Shown: positions 17,846 through 29,293 of the stretch, piece after piece
Position numbering within the stretch: the stretch's first letter is position 1
How the letters are laid out: each line of letters starts with the position of its first letter
NCBI GenBank assembly: GCA_021806745.1
Contig: JAJZQS010000001.1
Location: 1 to 53,312 of the forward strand
DNA length: 53,312 nt
Direction of reading: 5' to 3'
DNA from: a bacterium
GTDB taxonomy: Bacteria > Elusimicrobiota > Elusimicrobia > UBA1565 > UBA9628
Notes under the pieces: generated by a model
Database searches by the model: none
What the model was told of the DNA's origin: nothing
The model's input: only the letters and a program-made list of their open reading frames with translations
Translations under genes and position numbers: made by a program

Positions 17846-18553
17846 GTGACGCAGGTCATCGTCGCGCTGGACGTCGACAGCATGCGCCGGGAGCGCGAAC
17901 TGCTCTTGTCGCTCAAGGACCTCGGCCTATGGTTCAAGGTCGGACTGCAGCTGTTCACCGCCCACGGCCGGCGCGCCGTCGAGCTGGCGCGGAAAGAAGG
18001 CGGCAAGGTCTTTCTCGACCTCAAGCTTCACGACATTCCGCAGACCGTGGCGCTGTCGGTGCGCGAGGCGCACAAACTCGGCGCCGACGCGGTCTCTCTG
18101 CACCTGATGGGCGGCGCGAATATGGTGCGCGCGGCCGCGGAGGTCTCGCCCCGGCCGAAGCTTTGGGGCGTGAGCGTGCTCACGAGCATGGCCGAGGAGG
18201 ACCTCAAGATCTTCTCGCCGTCGGTGAAGCTGCCCGCGCTGATCAAGTCCCTGGCCAAGACCGGCTGGAGCGCCGGCGCCGACGCGACGATCTGCTCGCC
18301 GCGCGACGTCGCGCGTCTGCGCCGCGAATTGCCGAACCTGGACATGGCCTTCGTGACCCCGGGCATCCGGCCCGCCGGAGCCGAACTCGGCGACCAGGCG
18401 CGCGTGACCACCCCGGCGCAGGCCGCAGCGCTCGGCGTCGATTACATCGTGATCGGGCGGCCGATCACTCACGCGCCCGATCCGCGCAAGGCGGCGCTGG
18501 CGATCCTGTCCGAGATGCAGGCGGCCGCGCCCGGCGCCCTGGAGAGACGATGA
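17846..18553 (+). CDS. pyrF: Orotidine 5'-phosphate decarboxylase
   Basis: VIVALDV...FKVGLQLF...FLDLKLHDIP...IVIGRPIT. SD AGGAGG lies 4 nt upstream of the GTG. Confidence 0.93.
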   Translation: MTQVIVALDVDSMRRERELLLSLKDLGLWFKVGLQLFTAHGRRAVELARKEGGKVFLDLKLHDIPQTVALSVREAHKLGADAVSLHLMGGANMVRAAAEVSPRPKLWGVSVLTSMAEEDLKIFSPSVKLPALIKSLAKTGWSAGADATICSPRDVARLRRELPNLDMAFVTPGIRPAGAELGDQARVTTPAQAAALGVDYIVIGRPITHAPDPRKAALAILSEMQAAAPGALERR

Positions 18554-19122
18554 CCGTCGAGAAAATTTACCGCGACCACGGCGCACTGCTGGAGGGCCAC
18601 TTCCTGCTGTCGTCGGGCCTGCACAGCGACCGCTACCTGCAGTCGGCTCTGGTGCTCGCGCACCCGCAACCGGCCGAGGCGCTGGGGCGCGAGCTCGCGG
18701 CGGCCGTCGGCGTCAAGCCCGACCTCGTCGTCTCTCCGGCGATGGGCGGGCTCATCATCGGCCAGGAGGTCGCGCGCGCGCTGGGCGCGCGGCACTACTT
18801 TACCGAGCGCGTCGACGCGGCCATGACCCTGCGCCGGGGGTTTTCGATCAAGCCCGGCGAGCGCGTGCTCGTCGTCGAGGACGTCGTCACCACCGGCAAG
18901 TCCACCAAGGAAGTCTTCGCCGTGATCCGCGCCGCCGGCGGAGAAGTCGCGGGCGCCTGCTCGATCGTGGACCGCACGGAGGGCCGCGCCGCGCTCGGCG
19001 TGCCCTACGCGGCGCTGTGGACGGTCTCGGTGCCGGCCTGGAGCCCCGCCGAGTGCCCGCGCTGCCGCGCCGGAGAGCCGGTCGTCAAGCCCGGAAGCCG
19101 CAAGGAGCTCAAGAATGCCTAG
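18550..19122 (+). CDS. pyrE: Orotate phosphoribosyltransferase
   Basis: GHFLLSSGLHSDRYLQ and the PRPP loop VLVVEDVVTTGKST. ATG overlaps the pyrF stop (ATGA). Confidence 0.9.
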   Translation: MTVEKIYRDHGALLEGHFLLSSGLHSDRYLQSALVLAHPQPAEALGRELAAAVGVKPDLVVSPAMGGLIIGQEVARALGARHYFTERVDAAMTLRRGFSIKPGERVLVVEDVVTTGKSTKEVFAVIRAAGGEVAGACSIVDRTEGRAALGVPYAALWTVSVPAWSPAECPRCRAGEPVVKPGSRKELKNA

Positions 19123-20098
19123 CGCGACGCTGACCTACCGCAAGTCCGGCGTGGACATCGACCTGGCCGACCGCCTCGTCGACCACATCGCCAAGAAGGC
19201 GCCGGCCATCGGCGGCTTCGCGGGGCTTTTCCCTCTCGATCTGGACGGACGCGGGCCCTGGAAGCTCGTCGCCTGCACCGACGGGGTCGGCACCAAGCTC
19301 AAGCTCGCCTTCGCGCTGGACCGCCACGACACCATCGGCATCGACTTGGTGGCGATGTCGGTCAACGACCTGATCTGCTGCGGCGCCAAGCCGCTGATCT
19401 TCCTGGACTACTACGCGACCGGCCGGCTCGACCTCAAGCGCTCCAAGAAGATCATCGCAGGGATCATGGAGGGCTGCCGCCAGGGCCGCTGCGTGCTGCT
19501 GGGCGGCGAGACCGCGGAGATGCCGGGCATGTACCCGGACGGCGAGTATGACCTCGCGGGCTTCGCGGTCGGAGTCGTGCGCCAAGACGAGGTCGTCGAC
19601 GGCTCCAAGATCTTCCCCGGCGACTTGATTCTGGGCCTGCCCTCGTCGGGGCCGCACTCGAACGGCTACTCGCTGATCCGCCAGGTCTTCAAGACCCCCC
19701 GCGACCTCTCGCGCTGGGGCCGGACGCTGCTGGCGCCCACGCGCATCTATGTCGATGAGTTCCTGCGCCTGCAAGACGCCTTCCGCGCCGAGAACAAGAT
19801 CATCCTCGGCGTGTCGCACATCACCGGCGGAGGCCTCCTCGAGAACGTCCCGCGCATCCTGCCCAAAGGCCGCAAGGCGGTGTTTCGCCGCGCGGCCTGG
19901 AAGCGGCCCGCGGTGTTCGACGAGATCGCGCGCCGCGGCGGCGTGCCCGAGCGCGAGATGTGGCGCACATTCAACATGGGGCTGGGCCTGGTCTTCGTGA
20001 TCCGGCCGGACAGCCTGGAACTGGCGCGCCGCGTTCTGCCCGAGGCGCGGCTGGTCGGCGAGATCGTCGAGGGCAAGAGCGAGGTCGAGATCCTCTAG
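19115..20098 (+). CDS. purM: Phosphoribosylformylglycinamidine cyclo-ligase (AIR synthetase)
   Basis: YRKSGVDID, DGVGTKLK, GGETAEMPG, PHSNGYSL. It overlaps pyrE by 8 nt. Confidence 0.94.
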   Translation: MPSATLTYRKSGVDIDLADRLVDHIAKKAPAIGGFAGLFPLDLDGRGPWKLVACTDGVGTKLKLAFALDRHDTIGIDLVAMSVNDLICCGAKPLIFLDYYATGRLDLKRSKKIIAGIMEGCRQGRCVLLGGETAEMPGMYPDGEYDLAGFAVGVVRQDEVVDGSKIFPGDLILGLPSSGPHSNGYSLIRQVFKTPRDLSRWGRTLLAPTRIYVDEFLRLQDAFRAENKIILGVSHITGGGLLENVPRILPKGRKAVFRRAAWKRPAVFDEIARRGGVPEREMWRTFNMGLGLVFVIRPDSLELARRVLPEARLVGEIVEGKSEVEIL

Positions 20099-20099
20099 C

Positions 20100-22289
20100 A
20101 TGGACAAGCTCGCGGTCTTCGCCTCCGGCGAGGGCACCAACCTCCAGGCCCTGCTCGACGCCTGCTCGGACGGCCGAATCCGCGGCGAGATATCTCTTGT
20201 CGTCTCCAACAAGCCCGACGCCGGCGCCCTGCGACGCGCCGCGCGCGCGGGCGTGGAGACCTTGGTCTGCTCGCCCTCCGACCACGACACGCCCGACGAG
20301 CACTGCGCGTTCCTCGTCCACGAGTGCCAGAAGCGCGGCGTGACCTTGATTTGCCTGGCGGGCTTCATGCTCAAGCTCAAGCCCCCGATCCTGCGCGCCT
20401 ACCCCGGACGCATCCTCAACATCCACCCGTCGCTTCTGCCCGCGTTCGGCGGACAGGGCATGTACGGGCTCAAGGTCCACGAGGCGGTGCTGGCCTCCGG
20501 CGCGAAGCTCTCCGGCGCCACCGTCCACATCGTCGACGAGGAGTACGACCGCGGACCGATCGTGCTGCAGTCCGCGGTGCCGGTGCTCGACGGCGACACG
20601 CCCCAGACGCTGGCCGCGCGCGTGCGCGCGCAGGAGCATTGGATCTACCCGAAGGCCGTCGCGCTGATGTGCGAGGGGCGCGTGACCGTCGAAAACGGCC
20701 GAGTGCGCGCCGTCGCCGCGCCTCACGAGGCCTCCGCCCGCGTCAGGCGCGCGCTGATCTCGGTGTCCGACAAATCCGGCGTCGTCGAGCTCGCGCGCGG
20801 CCTGCACGAGCTCGGCGTCGAGATCGTGTCGACTTCGGGCACCGCGAAGACTCTGGCCGACGCGGGCGTTCCCATCCGACCGCTGGACACCTTGACCGGA
20901 TTTCCCGAGATTCTCGACGGTCGCGTCAAGACCCTGCACCCGCGCGTGCACGGCGCCATCCTGCTGCGCCGATCGGACCCAAAGCAGGCGCGCGAGGCGG
21001 CGCTGCACGGCTTGGAGCCCATCGATCTGGTCGTCGTCAACCTCTACCCGTTCGAGAAAACCGCGGCCGCGGCCGCCTCGCCCTACGATCCCGGCGTCAT
21101 CGAGCAAATCGACATCGGGGGCGTCGCTTTGATCCGAGCCGCCGCCAAGAATTTCGACGACGTCGCGGTGCTGACCGCGCCCGCCGACTACGGCCCGGCG
21201 CTGGCCGAACTTTCGGCCGCGCAGGGACGGCTGTCGCAGTCCACCCGCCGCCGGCTGGCGCTGGCGGCCTTCCGCCACACGGCCGGCTACGACGCGATGA
21301 TCGCCGCGGCCTGGAGCGGCGAGGCCAAGACCGAACCGCGCGCCGAGCTCTTTCCCGCGACGCTCACCCCGCGGCTGTCCAAGGTCCAGGACCTGCGCTA
21401 CGGCGAGAACCCCCACCAGAAGGCGGCGCTCTACGCCGCGGAAGGCGGCATGTCGTTTTCCCAGCTCCACGGCAAGGATCTCTCCTACAACAACCTGCTC
21501 GACGCGGCCGGGGCCTGGGACGCGGTCTCCGATTTCGAGAGGCCGGCCGCGGTCGTCTTCAAACACGCCACGCCCGCGGGCGTGGGCGCGGGCGAGACGA
21601 TCGAACTGGCCTTCGAGCGCGCCTGGGCCTGCGATCCTCTGTCGGCCTTCGGCGGCGTGCTCGCGTTCAACCGCCCCGTGAACCGCGCGATCGCGCAAGC
21701 GCTGTCGCAGCGCTTCGTCGAGGTGCTCACCGCGCCCGGCTACGAGCCCGAAGCGCTCGAGCTCCTCAAGAAGAAGCCCAACGTCCGTCTGCTCGTGCGC
21801 ACGCGCCCGCCGTCGCGCGCCTTGCAGCTGCGCTCTCTCGGCGACGAGGTGCTCGTGACCGAACCCGACCGCGCGGTCCTCGGCGACCAGTGGAAGACGG
21901 TCACGCGCCGCGCCCCCACCGCCGACGAGGACGCCGCGCTGCGCTTCGCCTGGACCTGCGCCAAATACGTGAGGTCCAACGCGATCGTGCTGGCCGGACC
22001 CGAGCAGACCGTCGGCCTCGGCGCCGGGCAGATGTCGCGCGTGGACTCGGTGCACATGGCCGGAGTCAAGCTCAAGCTCTGGCTGCGCGACAACCCCGCA
22101 CCCAAGGCCCTGGTGCTGGCCTCGGACGCCTTTTTCCCTTTCCGCGACGGCATCGACGCCGCGGCCACCCTCGGCATCTCGGCGATCGTCGCCCCCGGCG
22201 GCTCGGTCAAGGACGCCGAGGTCATCGCCGCCGCCGACGAGCACGGCCTGGCGATGATCTTCACCGGCATGAGGCACTTCCGCCACTGA
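20100..22289 (+). CDS. purN/purH: Fusion protein: GAR formyltransferase (PurN, aa 1-~200) + AICAR transformylase/IMP cyclohydrolase (PurH, aa ~218-729)
   Basis: PurN motifs: VFASGEGTNLQAL, NIHPSLLPAFGG, ATVHIVDEEYDRGPI. A ~17-aa linker follows. PurH motifs: RALISVSDKSG, GGVALIRAAAKN, C-terminal HFRH. It is a single uninterrupted frame of 729 codons. Confidence 0.85.
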   Translation: MDKLAVFASGEGTNLQALLDACSDGRIRGEISLVVSNKPDAGALRRAARAGVETLVCSPSDHDTPDEHCAFLVHECQKRGVTLICLAGFMLKLKPPILRAYPGRILNIHPSLLPAFGGQGMYGLKVHEAVLASGAKLSGATVHIVDEEYDRGPIVLQSAVPVLDGDTPQTLAARVRAQEHWIYPKAVALMCEGRVTVENGRVRAVAAPHEASARVRRALISVSDKSGVVELARGLHELGVEIVSTSGTAKTLADAGVPIRPLDTLTGFPEILDGRVKTLHPRVHGAILLRRSDPKQAREAALHGLEPIDLVVVNLYPFEKTAAAAASPYDPGVIEQIDIGGVALIRAAAKNFDDVAVLTAPADYGPALAELSAAQGRLSQSTRRRLALAAFRHTAGYDAMIAAAWSGEAKTEPRAELFPATLTPRLSKVQDLRYGENPHQKAALYAAEGGMSFSQLHGKDLSYNNLLDAAGAWDAVSDFERPAAVVFKHATPAGVGAGETIELAFERAWACDPLSAFGGVLAFNRPVNRAIAQALSQRFVEVLTAPGYEPEALELLKKKPNVRLLVRTRPPSRALQLRSLGDEVLVTEPDRAVLGDQWKTVTRRAPTADEDAALRFAWTCAKYVRSNAIVLAGPEQTVGLGAGQMSRVDSVHMAGVKLKLWLRDNPAPKALVLASDAFFPFRDGIDAAATLGISAIVAPGGSVKDAEVIAAADEHGLAMIFTGMRHFRH

Positions 22290-22313
22290 TCACACTGCGA
22301 TGAGGATTCACCG

Positions 22314-23426
22314 ATGAACGACAAAGCCTGGCTGGCCCTGGAAGACGGGACCGTGCTCGAGGGCCGCGCCTGCGGCGCCGCCGGCGAGACCGGCGGGGAG
22401 TCCGTGTTCAACACCGCGATGACCGGCTACCAGGAGATCCTGACCGACCCGTCCTACTGCGGCCAGATCGTGACGATGACCTACCCTCAGATCGGCAACT
22501 ACGGCATCACGGCCGCCGACCACGAGTCCGCGCGCCCGCGCCTGGCGGGACTCGTGGTACGCGAACTTTGCCGCCACCCCTCGAACCACGAGTCCGTGGA
22601 GTCGGTCGGTGATTTTCTCAAAAAACACGGGATCGTCGCCGTCGAGGACATCGACACGCGCGCGCTCACGCTCAGGCTGCGCGAGCGCGGCGCGCTGCGC
22701 GGCGTGATCTCGACTCTCGACGGAGACCCCAAGCGCCTGGCCGCCAAGGCGCGCGCGCTGCCGTCCATGACGGGCCGCAATCTGGCCAAGGTCGTGACCT
22801 GCGAGAAGCCTTGGGAATGGACCGAGGGCTCCCAGCCCAAGCCCGCGCGACGCGTCGTCGTGATGGACTTCGGCGTCAAATACGGCATCCTGCGCCGACT
22901 GGCCGCGATGGGCGCGGCGGCGACGGTCGTGCCCGCCTCGACGACGGCCGACGACATCCTGCGCCTGAACCCCGACGGCGTTTTGCTGTCCAACGGCCCC
23001 GGCGACCCCGAGCCGGTCGCGGACGCGGTCGAAACGATCCGCCGGCTGCTCATCGAGCGCGTGCCGTTGTTCGGCATCTGCCTGGGCCACCAACTCCTCG
23101 GCCTGGCGCTGGGCGGCCGAACCTTCAAACTCAAGTTCGGCCATCACGGCTCCAACCACCCGGTCAAGGACTTGGCCACCGGCCGCGTGGAGATCACCGC
23201 CCAGAACCACGGTTTCTGCGTGGACCTGGACTCTCTGCCCAAGGAGGTGCGGACCACGCACGTGAACCTCAACGACGGCACCTCCGAGGGCATGGCCCAC
23301 GCGAGCCTGCCCGCGTTCTCGGTCCAGTATCATCCCGAAGCCTGCGCCGGGCCCCACGACAGCCGCTACCTCTTCGACCGCTTCGCCGCGCTCATGGACG
23401 CGCGCCGCGCGGCCGCCGCGAGATGA
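22314..23426 (+). CDS. carA: Carbamoyl-phosphate synthase small (glutaminase) subunit
   Basis: TGYQEILTDPSY, GICLGHQLL, QYHPEA. SD GAGGA lies upstream. Confidence 0.95.
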   Translation: MNDKAWLALEDGTVLEGRACGAAGETGGESVFNTAMTGYQEILTDPSYCGQIVTMTYPQIGNYGITAADHESARPRLAGLVVRELCRHPSNHESVESVGDFLKKHGIVAVEDIDTRALTLRLRERGALRGVISTLDGDPKRLAAKARALPSMTGRNLAKVVTCEKPWEWTEGSQPKPARRVVVMDFGVKYGILRRLAAMGAAATVVPASTTADDILRLNPDGVLLSNGPGDPEPVADAVETIRRLLIERVPLFGICLGHQLLGLALGGRTFKLKFGHHGSNHPVKDLATGRVEITAQNHGFCVDLDSLPKEVRTTHVNLNDGTSEGMAHASLPAFSVQYHPEACAGPHDSRYLFDRFAALMDARRAAAAR

Positions 23427-23978
23427 TGCTCCTGGCGGCGCTGGCCCTCGGCCTGGCGCCGCTGGCGTGGTATTTCTGGCGCGAACGCGAACTGCGCACG
23501 CCGTCCCGTCGCTGGCCGCGCCTGGCCGGCCTGCTCGGCTTGGCCTACGAGGCTTCTGCGCCGCGCATGTCCGGAACCTGGAACGGACGGCGCGTGGCCG
23601 TGGAGACGGCGCCCGGCGGCGCGACGCTGACCGTCTGGCTGTCTCGCCCCACGCGCCTGCGCGTGGAGTGCGGCCCCAAGGACGAAGTCTCGCGCCGCGC
23701 CGGCATCCTGATTCCGGACCCCGTCGAGCCGCTCGACGCGGATTTCCGCGCGCGCCTGCTGGCGCGCTGCAGCGACAAGGCCGCCGGACCCGTCGTCTTC
23801 GACGCCGCGCTCCAGCGCCGCCTGGCCGGCGCGGACTTGGATGCGACCGGCGCCGAGACCCGCGTGATCGGCCGGACCGCTCTCGTGGCCGACATCGACC
23901 GCTTGGAAAACCAGCTCGCCTGCCTGTGCGCGCTGGCCGACGGCCTTGAGCAGTTCCCCGCCCCCGGAGGCCCGCCTC

Positions 23979-23986
<8 letters not shown>
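23423..23986 (+). CDS. Hypothetical membrane-anchored protein inserted between carA and carB
   Basis: ATG overlaps the carA stop (ATGA at 23423-23426). The N-terminal TM helix is [21 protein letters not shown]3-rich codons match the neighbours. The carB ATG (23979) lies 8 nt inside its 3' end. No recognisable domain. Confidence 0.6.
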
Positions 23987-27212
<3,226 letters not shown>

Positions 27213-27270
27213 GCGCGTAAAGGACCTTCGCTTCATCCGGGCCCGCGCGCCGACGCTCTATACTGATCCT

Positions 27271-28191
27271 GTGATTTTCCGTCTCGTCGCCGCGCTCATG
27301 TTCGCCTTCGTCGCGCCGGCGCCGGCCCAGGAAGCGCCCGCGCCGGCTTCCGGCCGCGCCCGGCCCGCGCCCGTCGACGCCGCGCGGATGCTCCAGCAGG
27401 CCGACGCCTTGCGCGCGCTGGCCGGAAATTTGGGCGTTTCGGAAGGGCGTCTGAAAGACGAGGCCGCCGCGCAGTTTCGCGACGTCCAGAGCGAGACGCC
27501 CATCGCCGCGCCGATCTGGACGCCCGTGCCGCGCGAGCGGGTGGACGGCTCTCCCGGCGACATCGACGCGATGCTCCAGACGGCCGACCAACGCTTCGCC
27601 GACTACCGCAACCGCTTCAAGACCGACCCCCCGCCCGACGTGGTCTATTCCGCCAAGATGGCCGCGGCCCTGCGCGAGCAGAAGCGGGAGTCCTTCGACA
27701 AGACCGGCCTCATGCCCGACGCCGAGATGGGTGTGTTCCGCTACGGCAAGGCCTCTCTCGAAGGCGGGGTGATCGCGCTCAATCAGAAGCTGCGCCTGAT
27801 CGCCACGCGCGTGGGCCAGGCGTTCTCCTTCGCCACGCTCGTGCACGAAGCCACGCACGCGCGCGACCGCGAGGCCGGGCGGCTGGACCCCCAACACGAG
27901 ATCGACGCGGAGATCAACGCGTTTCGCGTCGAGTACCTGTGGCTGGTCACGATGGACCCCGACGGCATGAAGCTGATCGTGCTGCGCTCGTCTCTGAAGT
28001 TGTGGCTTGACTCGCACCCGCTGGACTCGGTAACCGCGCAGTCGATCGGCTACCTGGACCACCTCATCGACATCTGGAGCACCGGCGGCGACAAAGACAA
28101 GTTGCGCGCGCTGGTGCAGAAGCTCGGCTACGAGGACGACCCGGACCGTCCCGCGCCGGCCCCGACGGCGCCCGCCCCCGCCCGAGCCTAA
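27271..28191 (+). CDS. Secreted hypothetical protein with an HExxH...E (gluzincin-like) motif
   Basis: Signal peptide MIFRLVAALMFAFVAPAPAQ. HEATH at aa 192-196 (27844-27858), followed by QHEIDAEINAF. GTG start lies 6 nt after TATACT. Confidence 0.6.
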   Translation: MIFRLVAALMFAFVAPAPAQEAPAPASGRARPAPVDAARMLQQADALRALAGNLGVSEGRLKDEAAAQFRDVQSETPIAAPIWTPVPRERVDGSPGDIDAMLQTADQRFADYRNRFKTDPPPDVVYSAKMAAALREQKRESFDKTGLMPDAEMGVFRYGKASLEGGVIALNQKLRLIATRVGQAFSFATLVHEATHARDREAGRLDPQHEIDAEINAFRVEYLWLVTMDPDGMKLIVLRSSLKLWLDSHPLDSVTAQSIGYLDHLIDIWSTGGDKDKLRALVQKLGYEDDPDRPAPAPTAPAPARA

Positions 28192-28781
28192 CCGCGTCGC
28201 TTGCGCCGACCCGCGCCCGCGCCGCTCCCGCCGCGACCCAGCATCAGCAGCGCCCACGGCCAGCCCAGGCCCGCGCCCAGCGCCCAGCCGGCCAGCACGT
28301 CGCCGGGATAGTGCGCGCCGACGTAGACGCGGCTGTAGCCGATGAGCGCCGCCGCGCCCGCGAACGCGAACGCGCCCCCGGGATAGGCGACGCTGAGCAC
28401 CGCCGCCGCCGCGGCCGTGTTCACGGCGTGGTTGGACGGAAATCCGTAGCGCCCGCCCACGGGCGCGCGCAGGGCCATGCCCACGATCGAATACTCCGGG
28501 CGCGGGCGCTTGACCAAGGGCTTGACCACGCGATAGGCCAGGACGTCCCCCGCGCCCACCGCGATCGCCGCCAGGATCAGCACCTGCAGGGCGCGCCGCC
28601 CGCCGCGCCACAGCCACAGCCCCAGCACGGCGGGCGCCACGCCCAGGCGAAACCAAGCGAGCTTGTGCAAATCGGTGACCACCGGCATCAGCGCGTCGAG
28701 CGACGGGCTCGTCCAGACGCGGTTGACGCGCCAGAACAGCCAGCGGTCGACCGCCGCCGCCGCGGTCAGAGGACCCATCAT
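28188..28781 (-). CDS. PAP2-family lipid phosphate phosphatase (membrane)
   Basis: All three PAP2 motifs are present: KPLVKRPRP, FPSNH, SRVYVGAHYPGD. ATG overlaps the fur-family stop (ATGA at 28778-28781). The rest of the listed 690-aa ORF is an artefact. Confidence 0.85.
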   Translation of the reverse strand: MMGPLTAAAAVDRWLFWRVNRVWTSPSLDALMPVVTDLHKLAWFRLGVAPAVLGLWLWRGGRRALQVLILAAIAVGAGDVLAYRVVKPLVKRPRPEYSIVGMALRAPVGGRYGFPSNHAVNTAAAAAVLSVAYPGGAFAFAGAAALIGYSRVYVGAHYPGDVLAGWALGAGLGWPWALLMLGRGGSGAGAGRRKRRG

Positions 28782-29149
28782 CGCGCGCAGGTCCCGCACT
28801 CGCCGTGCAGCAACAGCTCGTGCGACTTCAGCCGGAAGCCGCGAGGCAAGACGGGCTTGAGGCCGATCAGGCAGCCGTCGAGCTCGTAGAGCTTGCCGCA
28901 TTTCCCGCACAGGAAATGGTGGTGGTGAGCCTTGCCCGCGGACTCGAAGCGCGGCGGCTGGCCGGGAAGCTCCACCGCAGAGACCTCGCCGCGCTCGGTC
29001 AGCGCCTTGATGCTGCGGTAGACCGTGGCCAAGCCCAGGCCGGGCACGTCGCGCTGGGCTCGCTCCAGGACCTCCAGCGCGCCCAGCGGGCGTCCGGCCT
29101 CGTCGAGCGCGCGACGAATCGCGCGGCGCTGGGCGGTGTCGCGTTCCAT
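28778..29149 (-). CDS. Fur-family metalloregulator (Fur/Zur/PerR type)
   Basis: RRAIRRALDEAGRPLGALEVLERAQR...GLATVYRSIKALTERG, HHHHF, CGKCGK and C..C near the C-terminus. Start taken at MERDTAQ. Confidence 0.85.
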   Translation of the reverse strand: MERDTAQRRAIRRALDEAGRPLGALEVLERAQRDVPGLGLATVYRSIKALTERGEVSAVELPGQPPRFESAGKAHHHHFLCGKCGKLYELDGCLIGLKPVLPRGFRLKSHELLLHGECGTCAR

Positions 29150-29293
29150 CCGCGACGATGATACCAAATCGCCTCGAATGGCTCCGAACGCACCGGATTC
29201 GATGACGCTCGCGCTCATGCTCGCCGTCGCGGCGACGCCCGCCGCCGCCGGCGCAAGACCGCGCCCCAAGCCCGGCACCTTCCGGCTGCTCGT

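Noticed and set aside
20700-20760. Possibility that purN and purH are separate genes with an internal purH start
   Set aside because: There is no stop codon in frame and no ATG/GTG/TTG or SD in the linker; the Val codons there are GTC. I therefore kept it as a fusion, pending read-level verification.
19971-22286. 771-aa minus-strand ORF and 659-aa alternative plus-frame ORF (20324-22303) over purN-purH
   Set aside because: Same GC-composition artefact. The purN-purH frame carries all the conserved motifs.
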